Source: an uncultured delta proteobacterium (GTDB lineage Bacteria > Desulfobacterota > Binatia > UBA9968). From it: a stretch of 64,000 nt of DNA. This document shows positions 1 to 9,281 of this stretch, one piece after another. The notes under the pieces were generated by a model that searched no databases, was not told the DNA's origin, and saw nothing but the letters and a program-made list of their open reading frames with translations. Both the position numbers and the translations under genes were made by a program. The DNA is taken from NCBI GenBank assembly GCA_963745835.1, contig CAVUZH010000024.1, forward strand, positions 128,001 to 192,000, read 5' to 3'. The first letter of the stretch is position 1; every line of letters starts with the position of its first letter.

Positions 1-375
1 AGAATATCATCCCTATCTTGCACCTGGCGGTCCGACGTCCTCGCCGGGCGCGGGCCGCCGCGCAGAGGTAGTCGGTTCAAACGACAGCCGGCAGCCTTCG
101 AACGTTTGTTGTGAATTTTTCTTTGGACGTTGGTCTTCTATACCCTTTGGGGCCGCAACCTTCGTACCATTAGAGAATCAAAAAACTTATTGCGCGGCGG
201 CTCAAGTCTCCTGGATAGGTCGTGGATTGTACCGGAATAACGACATTACGATCGGAGTTGTTGCGGCTTCAAGACATTGAGATAGTTAGCAGAATACAAA
301 TTAGACTGTTATCGACACTCCACTCCTCTGTTCGAACCTGCTATGCTCAGCCAATAATTAATAAATGGAGGACTT

Positions 376-1188
376 ATGAACGCATCGTATTTCGCGCGAG
401 TATTAATATTGTCTATGTGCGTCGCCCTGGTCGGCGCCTCCGGGGCGGCACAAGCGCAGCCGGCGAAAAGCTATGAGCCCCAGGTCGGCCAAGAAGGCAA
501 GGATGTGGTCTGGGTGCCAACGCCTCAGGCTCTGGTAGACAAGATGCTCGATATGGCAAAAGTAACTCCTAAAGACTTCGTCATCGATCTGGGTTCGGGC
601 GATGGTCGCACTGTCATAACAGCGGCTAAACGCGGCGGCAAGGCTCACGGCATCGAATACAATCCGGATATGGTCGAACTAGCCAAGCGCAATGCCGCCA
701 AAGAAGGCGTCAGCGACCAAGCCACCTTTGCTAAGGCGGACTTATTCGAAAGCGATTTCTCGCAAGCTCAGGTGATCACGATGTTTCTCCTGTCGAGCAT
801 CAATATGAAGCTGCGCCCTAAGATTCTCGATCTAAAACCGGGTACGCGCATCGTTTCGAATACTTTCGATATGGGAGAATGGAAGGCGGATGAAACGGGC
901 AGGGCCGACGATTGCAACGGTTATTGCACGGCTTACCTGTGGATCGTGCCGGCGAAGGTAGACGGAACGTGGAAGCTGCCCAATGGCGAGCTGACGCTTA
1001 AACAAACTTTTCAGATGATCAGCGGCACTCTAAAATCCGGCAACGTCGTCACACCGGTCAACGGCAAACTAAACGGCGAGGAGATTACCTTCACTGCCGG
1101 TGAGGGACAGTACAACGGGCGGGTTAACGGCAACTCGATGGAGGGATCGCTAAAATCCGGCGGCAAATGGAGCGCCACGAAGCGGTAA
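376..1188 (+). CDS. Class I SAM-dependent methyltransferase with N-terminal signal peptide (copy 1)
   Basis: Motif I VIDLGSGDGR, then GIEYNP and ADLFESD; hydrophobic signal ending AAQA; GGAGG RBS upstream. Confidence 0.85.
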   Translation: MNASYFARVLILSMCVALVGASGAAQAQPAKSYEPQVGQEGKDVVWVPTPQALVDKMLDMAKVTPKDFVIDLGSGDGRTVITAAKRGGKAHGIEYNPDMVELAKRNAAKEGVSDQATFAKADLFESDFSQAQVITMFLLSSINMKLRPKILDLKPGTRIVSNTFDMGEWKADETGRADDCNGYCTAYLWIVPAKVDGTWKLPNGELTLKQTFQMISGTLKSGNVVTPVNGKLNGEEITFTAGEGQYNGRVNGNSMEGSLKSGGKWSATKR

Positions 1189-1520
1189 ATCGTGACAAGA
1201 CTTCTTGGAGTAGATCATTTCGCTGACGCCGACTTGAAGCACCGCATTCTGCTTGTCGCTTCAGTCCGGTACCCGCGCGCCGGCATCTCAACAGCTCACA
1301 AAAACGCGGCCCAAGGCATTATGACTTGGGCCTTAGTTTCTCTCGCTCCTTGGTCGAATGACACAAACAACCCATCCAACTCCTTGGCACCGCCTAGGAG
1401 CGCCAAGTTATCGTGCTCTTCCTTTCTGGACAATTGCGCATCGCTAAGGTATGGATTGAACGTTTCGTCTGCTCTATTCACCGGCCGATACTGCCAGTAT
1501 CACCGATCTCGGAGGGTTAG

Positions 1521-2333
1521 ATGATTGTATCGCGTTTAGCTAGCATTTTATCATTGGCGCTTAGCCTTTCTCTAATTACCGCAATCGGATTTGCTCAGCC
1601 GGCAAAGCAATACGAACCGCAGGTCGGCCAAGAAGGTAAGGACGTGGTCTGGGTGCCAACGCCTCAGGCTCTGGTAGAAAAAATGCTCGACATGGCAGAA
1701 GTCACCGCCAAAGATTATGTCATCGATTTGGGTTCGGGTGATGGCCGCACTGTAATTACGGCAGCTAAACGCGGCGCCAAGGCCCACGGCATCGAATACA
1801 ATCCGGACATGGTCGAGCTCGCCAAGCGCAATGCCGCCAAAGAAGGTGTCAGCGATCGAGCCACCTTTGCTAAGGCGGACTTGTTCGAAAGCGATTTCTC
1901 GCAAGCTCAGGTGATCACCATGTTCCTCCTGCCCAGTATCAATCTCAAACTTCGTCCCAAGATCCTCGATTTAAAACCGGGCACGCGCATTGTTTCGAAT
2001 TCTTTTGATATGGAAGAATGGAAGCCTGACGAAACCGCCAACGCGGAAGGATGCAGCAACTGGTGCACAGCCTACCTTTGGATCGTGCCGGCGAAAGTAA
2101 ACGGAACGTGGAAGCTGCCTAATGGCGAGCTGACGCTTAAACAAACCTTTCAGATGATCAGCGGCACTCTAAAATCCGGCAACGTCGCCACACCGGTCAA
2201 CGGCAAACTAAACGGCGACGAGATTACCTTCACTGCCGGTGAGGGACAATACAACGGGCGGGTTAACGGCAACTCGATGGACGGATCGCTAAAATCCGGC
2301 GGCAAATGGAGCGCTATGCGGGCCGGTAGGTAA
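1521..2333 (+). CDS. Class I SAM-dependent methyltransferase with signal peptide (copy 2, tandem paralog)
   Basis: Same motifs and same 270-aa length as 376..1188; GGAGG RBS. Confidence 0.85.
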   Translation: MIVSRLASILSLALSLSLITAIGFAQPAKQYEPQVGQEGKDVVWVPTPQALVEKMLDMAEVTAKDYVIDLGSGDGRTVITAAKRGAKAHGIEYNPDMVELAKRNAAKEGVSDRATFAKADLFESDFSQAQVITMFLLPSINLKLRPKILDLKPGTRIVSNSFDMEEWKPDETANAEGCSNWCTAYLWIVPAKVNGTWKLPNGELTLKQTFQMISGTLKSGNVATPVNGKLNGDEITFTAGEGQYNGRVNGNSMDGSLKSGGKWSAMRAGR

Positions 2334-2545
2334 GATATAGCTGGTCGTTAGCTGGTCAAAATCAACTTGGTTGCGAGTTGCCGCAGGACTGAGAAAGCCG
2401 TGTTAGGTGAGGCAGCTGTCCATCACAATTGCCGCCTTCGCCGCCAAACGGCAGTCCACTAGACAAGCGACAGCACCTCACACCCATGCATGGGCGGGAA
2501 GGCTTTCCCGCTACTAATTTGATTTCTTGCACTTCGGAGATGTGC

Positions 2546-2571
2546 GGCTCCGGTCATCGACCGGAGCCTTT
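2546..2571. terminator. GC-rich hairpin between convergent genes, probable terminator
   Basis: GGCTCCGGTC-atc-GACCGGAGCC followed by TTT. Confidence 0.45.
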
Positions 2572-2616
2572 ACCTACATCGCGTATTGGAAAAGATTGAA
2601 CAACGATTTGATGCGA

Positions 2617-3003
2617 TCAGGCCGCAAGCCGATGCGAGCTACCGTTTCTAACCTTCTGGTATTTACCTCTTTCTAATCGCTTGACTCTTCCCTCCTTTGC
2701 CCATCTGGAAAGCGCCAGTCGAAGGTAAACCGATGGTTTTTTGGTGCGCGTCGCCGCCTTGATAAATTCCTTGCTGGTAAATGTTTCGGGCAGCCCGCCT
2801 AGCACCCCGGCGAGATCTGTTTTTCCGCGCGGTCGACCTTTTCTTCTCGCATTCCTATTGTGATCATCACGCAGCAGAGTCAGGACGGACTCATAGCGCT
2901 TCAACTCTTTCTCCAAGTCGGCTACCTCGAGAGCCTTTTCAGAGATTGCCACCTTGAGTTCATTTATATTTTCCATAACCGCGGCTTCGAGATTTACTGA
3001 CAT
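2617..3003 (-). CDS. Small basic putative DNA-binding protein (coiled coil, AT-hook-like motif, winged-helix-like C-terminus)
   Basis: AGGAGG RBS before ATG 3003; heptad N-terminus; RRKGRPRG; LSRWAKEGRVKRLERGKY wing-like motif. Confidence 0.65.
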   Translation of the reverse strand: MSVNLEAAVMENINELKVAISEKALEVADLEKELKRYESVLTLLRDDHNRNARRKGRPRGKTDLAGVLGGLPETFTSKEFIKAATRTKKPSVYLRLALSRWAKEGRVKRLERGKYQKVRNGSSHRLAA

Positions 3004-3271
3004 AACACGATACCTCCTGGCTGAAGAGTATGTAATCTGGCGTCTCAACTCAAGATGGCTTCAATATAAAATCGCTTTATTTGTAATATTTCCTGGATGC
3101 GGATCAGTGATAGCATTGCGTCTACTCAGAGTTTGTAGCGGGGACGCTACAAACAAAGAATGGCACACTTGAGATCAAATTTTGCAGCGGTGAAAACATC
3201 GCGAATGCTCGGCGCGCCAGAGATAGCATCAGCTCATAGTGTATAATTAAGCCGGATTAAACAGGTGGACG

Positions 3272-4297
3272 TTACACGCCGCCGAATCCTTCATCCTGCG
3301 CTTCAGCCAACAACCAGGGATCTTTGACTTCAGTGCTTGGGCCTCTGCCGCTAAGAACATTGACAACTTCGCGCGCCGCATGTGTCTGGCAATCAATGTA
3401 GGACTCATCGGAGTTCGCAGCGGTGTGACATGTTACGATTACATTTGAAAGGGTAAGAATCTTGTGGTCCGCCGGCAACGGTTCCGGTTCGGTAACGTCT
3501 AGGGCCGCTCCGGCCAATTCTCCAGCCACCAGCGCTTCATACAAACCCTCAGTGTCGACCAGACCGCCGCGCGCGCAATTGATCAAGTAGGCGGTTTTTT
3601 TCATGGCTTTGAACTGGGGCGCGCTAAACATTTTGCGGGTTTGTCTCGTGAGAGGCGCATGAAGGCTGATGAAGTCCGATGTTGCAACCAGCTCATCAAA
3701 CGACACCAGCTTTACGCCGAGCGACTGGGCAACTTTAGAATCCAGATACGGATCGACCGCTTGTACATTCAGCCTCATTCCTTGGGCTCGCGGCGCCACT
3801 TGCCGCCCGACATGGCCGAGCCCGACGATCCCCAGCGTGCGCCCCTGAATGCGATAAACCCGCCCGCGATAGGCATGCAGTTCGGCAGTATGCCGCCGCC
3901 ATTTACCGTCGCGCACGTACTGATTCATGCGCACGAGCTTTCTCGAGATAGCGATCAGTAGTCCGATCGTCTGTTCCGATACTTCGATGGAATTGCAGCC
4001 GGCCGCATTGCAGATAATCATGCCGTGATCGGAAGCTGCTTTAAGATCCATTCGATCGACTCCGACACCGGTGCGGCAGATAACTTTACAACGCTTGAGT
4101 TGTGAAATGATCTCTCTTGTTAGCGGCACCGAACCATGCATGATGATGCCATCGGCATCCTTGCCCATTTCGACCACCTCGGCGTCGTCGGTCGGTCGCC
4201 TGATCGTCATATCGGCATCGATTTCCGCCAGGATCGGCTTGATCAGCTCCACCGGCACATCATTGCTGCCAAAATAAACCACATGAAATTTGCCCAT
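3272..4297 (-). CDS. D-isomer-specific 2-hydroxyacid dehydrogenase (SerA/CtBP-like)
   Basis: GIVGLGHVG Rossmann motif, SLHAPLT, INCARGGLVD, LDVTEPEP; RBS GGAGG. Confidence 0.9.
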   Translation of the reverse strand: MGKFHVVYFGSNDVPVELIKPILAEIDADMTIRRPTDDAEVVEMGKDADGIIMHGSVPLTREIISQLKRCKVICRTGVGVDRMDLKAASDHGMIICNAAGCNSIEVSEQTIGLLIAISRKLVRMNQYVRDGKWRRHTAELHAYRGRVYRIQGRTLGIVGLGHVGRQVAPRAQGMRLNVQAVDPYLDSKVAQSLGVKLVSFDELVATSDFISLHAPLTRQTRKMFSAPQFKAMKKTAYLINCARGGLVDTEGLYEALVAGELAGAALDVTEPEPLPADHKILTLSNVIVTCHTAANSDESYIDCQTHAAREVVNVLSGRGPSTEVKDPWLLAEAQDEGFGGV

Positions 4298-4485
4298 CTC
4301 AAACCTCCATTTCATACGAACAGATCGGATTAAACATAAAATTTGCGGCGCGTCTCAGCGCAGTATTCGCGAAATTGCCGGTGCCGACGCTATGCGCCTA
4401 ATCAATAGAAACGGTCCAGATCCGCGCCGGGACTTCCACGATCGCGAGTTCTCCGCCGTCGGAACATTCTGAATGTTCTGATTCC

Positions 4486-4599
4486 AGGCTGTACGAAGGC
4501 TCAGACGCAAGGCCCGCAATTGATCAGAGCGGCGGCGTACTTGCTGATTACTTACTCGCAAAGGCAAGTGACGGAGCGTGCGAGTCTTTTCGACAGGCC
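4486..4599. repeat. Degenerate REP/MITE-like intergenic element
   Basis: Imperfect terminal inverted repeats AGGCTGTACGAAGG ... CTTTTCGACAGGCC between co-oriented genes. Confidence 0.3.
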
Positions 4600-4600
4600 G

Positions 4601-5704
4601 CTAGTGTGCCACCTTCATGCCGAACAGCTTCATGGCGTTGCCGCCGAGAATCTTATCTTTGTCTCTATCGCTCAAGCCGCGCATCGCTCTGATCGGCGCG
4701 ACCGTTCTAGGCCAGGTCGAGATCGCGTCGCCATGATCGAAATCGCTGCCGATGATGATGTTGTGATCGGGCCAAATTTCCACGATTTTCGGCAGATAAT
4801 CTTCCCAGGCGATGGCCGCGACATACAGCTGTTCGAAGTAAGCGCTCGGTTCTTTCTTCAAGCGATCCCTGCCTTTGAAGAAATCGTTCACCGATGTCGT
4901 CCCCGGCGACTCGGACAACGTGTGATGATTCAGCGTCTTCATTAGCCACGGCACCCAACCAATGCCGCCTTCGAAAAAGGCAAACCGCAAGTTTGGAAAT
5001 CTATCCAGCGTACCGCTCATGATAAGTCGCGCCGCGCTCACCATATAAGTCAGCGGAAACCCGAGCGCAGTGGCGAGCATTTTAAAACCATCATAGCGTT
5101 CGCTGCCGACCAGCCAGGGGTGACAGTCCTGGGCTTCGAAGATGCGCGTTCCCGGATGAACCAGAACCGGCACATCCAGCTTGCAGACCGCTTCGTAAAA
5201 AGGCCAGAGCACCTCGGCGTCGAGATCGCAGTTTTGATGACCACCCATCAATTTTACGCCTTTGAAGCCGAGTTCCGTCACAGAGCGCGTCAGTTCACGC
5301 ACAGCTTCAGCGACGTCAGGCAAATACACCCAGGAGATTGGGATGAATCGTTCGCTGCCGCCAATATCCTCGGCAACCGTATTGTTATAGGCGCGCGCCA
5401 TGGCATTGCCCAGAGACGGCTCCACTTCATAGATGAGCGGCCGGTTGTCAGGAATTACCACCTGGTAATCGAAACCTTCGCGTTCCATCACATCGTGGCG
5501 GATCTCCAGGTTCCAGCGAGTTTCGCTGAAAGAATGAATCTTCTTGCCGTCGCGGTAGTAGGTCGCGGCATCGCCGGGAAATTTCTCGCCATAGCGGATC
5601 ATTTCACCGGCGCCTTTTTTAAGCTCAACGTGCCCTCGGCCGGGATGATCGACTCGTTCGATAAAGCGCACCGGCCAATAATGGGTATCGCCATCGATAT
5701 ACAT
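4601..5704 (-). CDS. Amidohydrolase_2 family metal-dependent hydrolase/decarboxylase
   Basis: IDGDTH, PVLVHP, FEGGIGW, IGSDFDH, KILGGNA motifs. Confidence 0.85.
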   Translation of the reverse strand: MYIDGDTHYWPVRFIERVDHPGRGHVELKKGAGEMIRYGEKFPGDAATYYRDGKKIHSFSETRWNLEIRHDVMEREGFDYQVVIPDNRPLIYEVEPSLGNAMARAYNNTVAEDIGGSERFIPISWVYLPDVAEAVRELTRSVTELGFKGVKLMGGHQNCDLDAEVLWPFYEAVCKLDVPVLVHPGTRIFEAQDCHPWLVGSERYDGFKMLATALGFPLTYMVSAARLIMSGTLDRFPNLRFAFFEGGIGWVPWLMKTLNHHTLSESPGTTSVNDFFKGRDRLKKEPSAYFEQLYVAAIAWEDYLPKIVEIWPDHNIIIGSDFDHGDAISTWPRTVAPIRAMRGLSDRDKDKILGGNAMKLFGMKVAH

Positions 5705-5864
5705 TTTTACCTCATTAGAAATTTTGAATCACAGGCCGGATCTTATTTGTAAGGCGATGTGAGGTCAACCAGTGCGATAACCAGATGATCTATGGATCTG
5801 CGCATAAGTTCCTTTGGCGAGACGCCTTTGACAGTCAGGCTCAAGTTCTAGTAACGGTTGGATC

Positions 5865-6815
5865 ATGGCAAAAACCAAAATCACTTTGGCATTGGGTTCT
5901 TACGACCGCCACGCGCCGCTGCTGGAAGGTTGTATTCAGCACCCGCAATTCGATGGGCAATATGTCGAACTCGACCCGCAGCAGGGGCGGCACGAGCGCT
6001 TCCTGCAAAATTTTGAATTCGATGCTGCTGAACTGTCGCTGTCTTCCTATCTGATTGCCGTCGACCGAGGAATGCCGGTCCATGCCGTGCCGATTTTTCC
6101 AAGGCGCTTGTTCAGCCAGTCGCAAATGTATAAGAACGTTCACTGTCACATCGACTCGCCCATGGATCTGGCCGACAAGAGGATTGCTCTGAGCGGATAT
6201 CAAAATACCCTCGCCGTGCGAGCAAAAGGCGACCTGAGCCGTTTTTATGGCGTGCCGCGCACAACCGTAACCTGGATAACTCCAGGCAAAGAGGTGCTGG
6301 ATCTAGAGTTGCCGGGCGATGTCAAACTCGAAACCCGGAACAGCATGGATCAGATCGAAGCCGAGTTCGTCCAAGGCAAAATCCATGCAATGTTTGTCTC
6401 CCGTCTGCCGAAAGTTTTTCGCGAAGGAAACCCAAATGTCGCTCGCTTGTTCAGTGACCCGCAGGCGGAGGAGGAGCGCTACTTGGAGGCCGAGGGTTAT
6501 TTTCCGATCATGCACGTGCTGGCATTCCGAAAACAACTGGCGCAACGAGAGCCGGAACTGCCTAAAGCTCTTTACGACATTTTTGAGCAGGCCCGACTTA
6601 AGGCGCTAAAGCGGTGGGCCGATCCTAATTGGTCAATGGTGATGTGGGGCAGGTGCGAACTGGAGCGGCAAGAGACGCTTTGCAACTTCGATCCTTGGCG
6701 CAATGGGCTTGAAGCAAATCGAAAAAACATCGAGAGGTTCGCCCTGTATAGTTACGAGCAGGGACTAACAAAGCGCCAATTAACGCCGGAAGAGTTATTC
6801 GTGGCGATTGAATGA
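5865..6815 (+). CDS. 4,5-dihydroxyphthalate decarboxylase-like protein (periplasmic-binding-protein fold)
   Basis: LALGSYDR, EFDAAELSLSSY, PIFPRRLF, FPIMH, EQGL..R..TPEELF. Confidence 0.75.
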   Translation: MAKTKITLALGSYDRHAPLLEGCIQHPQFDGQYVELDPQQGRHERFLQNFEFDAAELSLSSYLIAVDRGMPVHAVPIFPRRLFSQSQMYKNVHCHIDSPMDLADKRIALSGYQNTLAVRAKGDLSRFYGVPRTTVTWITPGKEVLDLELPGDVKLETRNSMDQIEAEFVQGKIHAMFVSRLPKVFREGNPNVARLFSDPQAEEERYLEAEGYFPIMHVLAFRKQLAQREPELPKALYDIFEQARLKALKRWADPNWSMVMWGRCELERQETLCNFDPWRNGLEANRKNIERFALYSYEQGLTKRQLTPEELFVAIE

Positions 6816-7008
6816 AGTCGGTGCCAATGTCACGACAGGGTTCGATCAGCGGCCGAGCTTAGACAGTTATCTTCCTCGTATCGGATGATGAAGCAGCAAC
6901 GATTGATCAGCGCAAGTTCTTTAGGCTAACAGAATGGATGTCCGGAATCTCAAAAAATTTTATCGACATCAACCGCTGATCCGTTCCACTATCGTTCGCG
7001 TCGCATCA

Positions 7009-7854
7009 CTATACGGCTCCGGCTGAGAATGTATCGCATTGGTCGAGATCTCGACTCTCGAGGCCGCGACGAAACCATCGCACACGTTGCCCCGCGCTGC
7101 CGTGAGTAAAGCCCTCCGGCACTACGTAACCTTGACTGCGTTTTTGAATTCGGTCATCACCGATCTGCGCGGCTGCATTCAGACCCTCCTCGATGTCTCC
7201 CTCCTCGAGAATCTTCCGATCCCGGTTCGCCGTGCCCGCCCAGATCCCGGCAAGGCAGTCGGCTTGAAGTTCCACCCGCACTGAAATGGCGTTCGCTTGG
7301 GCGCGGCTCGAGCGGCTCTGCAACTCGCCTGTCTTTCTCATGACACCGAGTTGATTTTGCACATGATGACCGATTTCGTGGGCAATGACATAGGCCTGCG
7401 CGAAATCTCCCGGCGCTTTGAAACGGTCGCGCAGCTCGCGAAAGAATTCCAGATCGATGTAAACCCTCCTGTCCTGCGGGCAATAAAATGGTCCGGAAGC
7501 TGATTGGGCAAACCCACAAGCAGACTCGACGGCGCCGGAAAAAAGCACCAACTTGGGCTCCTGATATTCTTGGCCATGCCGGCGGAAGATTTCTCCCCAG
7601 GTGCGTTCGGTGCTGGCAAGCACACTCGAAACAAACTGACCCATTTCATCGTTAGCGCCTTGTTGCGGAGCTTGTTGGGACGGCGGTGCGCTATCGATGT
7701 TTCCTTGCAGTAACACGCTGGGATCAATGCCGAAGAATAGGCCGATCAGGACGATAGCGATTGTGCCGATCCCGCCACCGGCCAACCCCCGGGACACTCG
7801 CATCCCGCGGCGGTCTTCAACGTTTGTGCTTTGGCCTTCTTGATCGAGTCGCAT
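7009..7854 (-). CDS. ypfJ: Neutral zinc metallopeptidase, YpfJ family
   Basis: STNVEDRRG, GPFYCP, AHEIGHHVQ (HExxH), ELQADCLAG, FTHGS. Confidence 0.9.
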   Translation of the reverse strand: MRLDQEGQSTNVEDRRGMRVSRGLAGGGIGTIAIVLIGLFFGIDPSVLLQGNIDSAPPSQQAPQQGANDEMGQFVSSVLASTERTWGEIFRRHGQEYQEPKLVLFSGAVESACGFAQSASGPFYCPQDRRVYIDLEFFRELRDRFKAPGDFAQAYVIAHEIGHHVQNQLGVMRKTGELQSRSSRAQANAISVRVELQADCLAGIWAGTANRDRKILEEGDIEEGLNAAAQIGDDRIQKRSQGYVVPEGFTHGSAGQRVRWFRRGLESRDLDQCDTFSAGAV

Positions 7855-8096
7855 ACAAACTCCTTGGCGGTAAACTTTAGAAGGGTTACCGCCTGCACCA
7901 GTAGTCTTCTCGAGAGATTAAGTGTGTCGATAGGCAACTTTCATACCATGAGATGCTCAGATTCCCGCCTAGCGAATAATTCCTCTTATCGAGATCTTGC
8001 CCAATCGTCTACAGCATCTGTGTCTCAGGAATCGGACGGAACTTTCGGTCGCTAGTGGTCGGTTAGTTGTGGATACGCCTTGCGCCATTTTTCTAC

Positions 8097-9092
8097 TTAC
8101 TTGAGTTCCTTAGAGCGCATATATGGCTTTGGATCAAAGGCGCTTTCAGGCGGATCTTTTTGCGCGCCGCCGTGCGCCTTGACAATCTCATGCATACGTT
8201 TCAGCGATGTTATGTCTTGGGGCTCGAAAGAGGCCATATACGCGCCGTCCCACTGGCTGGCATATGCAGTGGCGTCTTTGCTATCCATGTTGGCGACTTT
8301 CTGAAGTATCTCGGCAACACGGGATTTGTTTTTGGATCCATATTCGACGGTTTTCCTCATCGCCACGATAAACTTCGCTACCGCCTCGGCATTCTTCGCC
8401 AGGTAATCGCTGTACACGATGGTGACGCCCAGAATTGGCGCGGCGCTGCTCTTGGTGAGCTTTTTCCATTCATCGACGATACTCGCGAGACGGCGCAACT
8501 TGGTTTCCTCCATCTGTGCAATCGTCACCGATCGGATGATTGCCGCGTCGATTTCCTTTTGCGTCAAGAACTGCGCCAGCCGCGCTTCATTGCCCGGTGC
8601 GACGCTGTATTCCTTCGATTTGATGCCGTAGTTCTGATCGAGAATCGCGCTGCTAATGGCGTGAGTTGCGCTGCCGGGCGGCGACATACCGATTTTCTTC
8701 CCCTTAAGATCGGCAGCCGTTTTAATCGGCGCGCCTTCGAGCACGACCATCTGCGCCTCGGCGATCTGTGTCGCCAATACGATCTTCACCGGCACGCCGT
8801 CAGCGGCGATGCCGATGGAATTGGTCGAGGGCGCGGCAAAGGCAAGGTCGATGGCATTGGAAACGATCGCGCGAGTAGGTCCGTTAACTTCGGCAAACTT
8901 CACCCATTCAACATCGAGCGCCTCTTTCTCCGCCAATTTCATTTGCTCCAAAACTGCGCCGAATCCCAGGCTGAATCCGCTGGTCCAATAACCAACTTTA
9001 ATTTTTTGCGCGAACAGCTGGCATGGCATGAAAGCCACGGCCGCGAGGACAAGTCCAGCAGCTGCGCGCCTAGCTATTTTCCCGACTCTCAC
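8097..9092 (-). CDS. ABC transporter substrate-binding protein, SsuA/TauA/NMT1 family
   Basis: Signal peptide; ADLKGKKIG..PGSATH; operon with ATPase and permease. Confidence 0.85.
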   Translation of the reverse strand: MRVGKIARRAAAGLVLAAVAFMPCQLFAQKIKVGYWTSGFSLGFGAVLEQMKLAEKEALDVEWVKFAEVNGPTRAIVSNAIDLAFAAPSTNSIGIAADGVPVKIVLATQIAEAQMVVLEGAPIKTAADLKGKKIGMSPPGSATHAISSAILDQNYGIKSKEYSVAPGNEARLAQFLTQKEIDAAIIRSVTIAQMEETKLRRLASIVDEWKKLTKSSAAPILGVTIVYSDYLAKNAEAVAKFIVAMRKTVEYGSKNKSRVAEILQKVANMDSKDATAYASQWDGAYMASFEPQDITSLKRMHEIVKAHGGAQKDPPESAFDPKPYMRSKELK

Positions 9093-9120
9093 GTTTACCT
9101 CCCTTTTTCTGGGGAGCAGG

Positions 9121-9243
9121 CTCGACCGCTCCCTTCCGGTCGCTATTCAACAGTTCCACCGCTCGCGCTGCTCGCTATTCAACGGTGCGGAACTTGACGT
9201 TGAACGTTTGAATACGCCGGACGCCCTGTTGGACGGTTGAACA
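9121..9243. repeat. Intergenic TTCAAC/GTTGAA-rich REP-like element
   Basis: TCGCTATTCAAC twice (9140, 9172), inverted GTTGAAC units at right; resembles 36987..37132. Confidence 0.45.
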
Positions 9244-9281
9244 ATTTCCTTTCGCAGAGAAATACCCCGCGCCGATCCTTT

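Noticed and set aside
1192-1520. Short ORFs between the duplicated methyltransferases (1192..1524 +, 1296..1481 -)
   Set aside because: No recognisable family or RBS; possibly a gene remnant but not supportable
8067-9197. 376-aa + strand ORF, and similar long ORFs at 5120, 14894, 34173 and 50841
   Set aside because: Antisense shadows of well-supported genes; no motifs or RBS; expected from codon bias at this GC content
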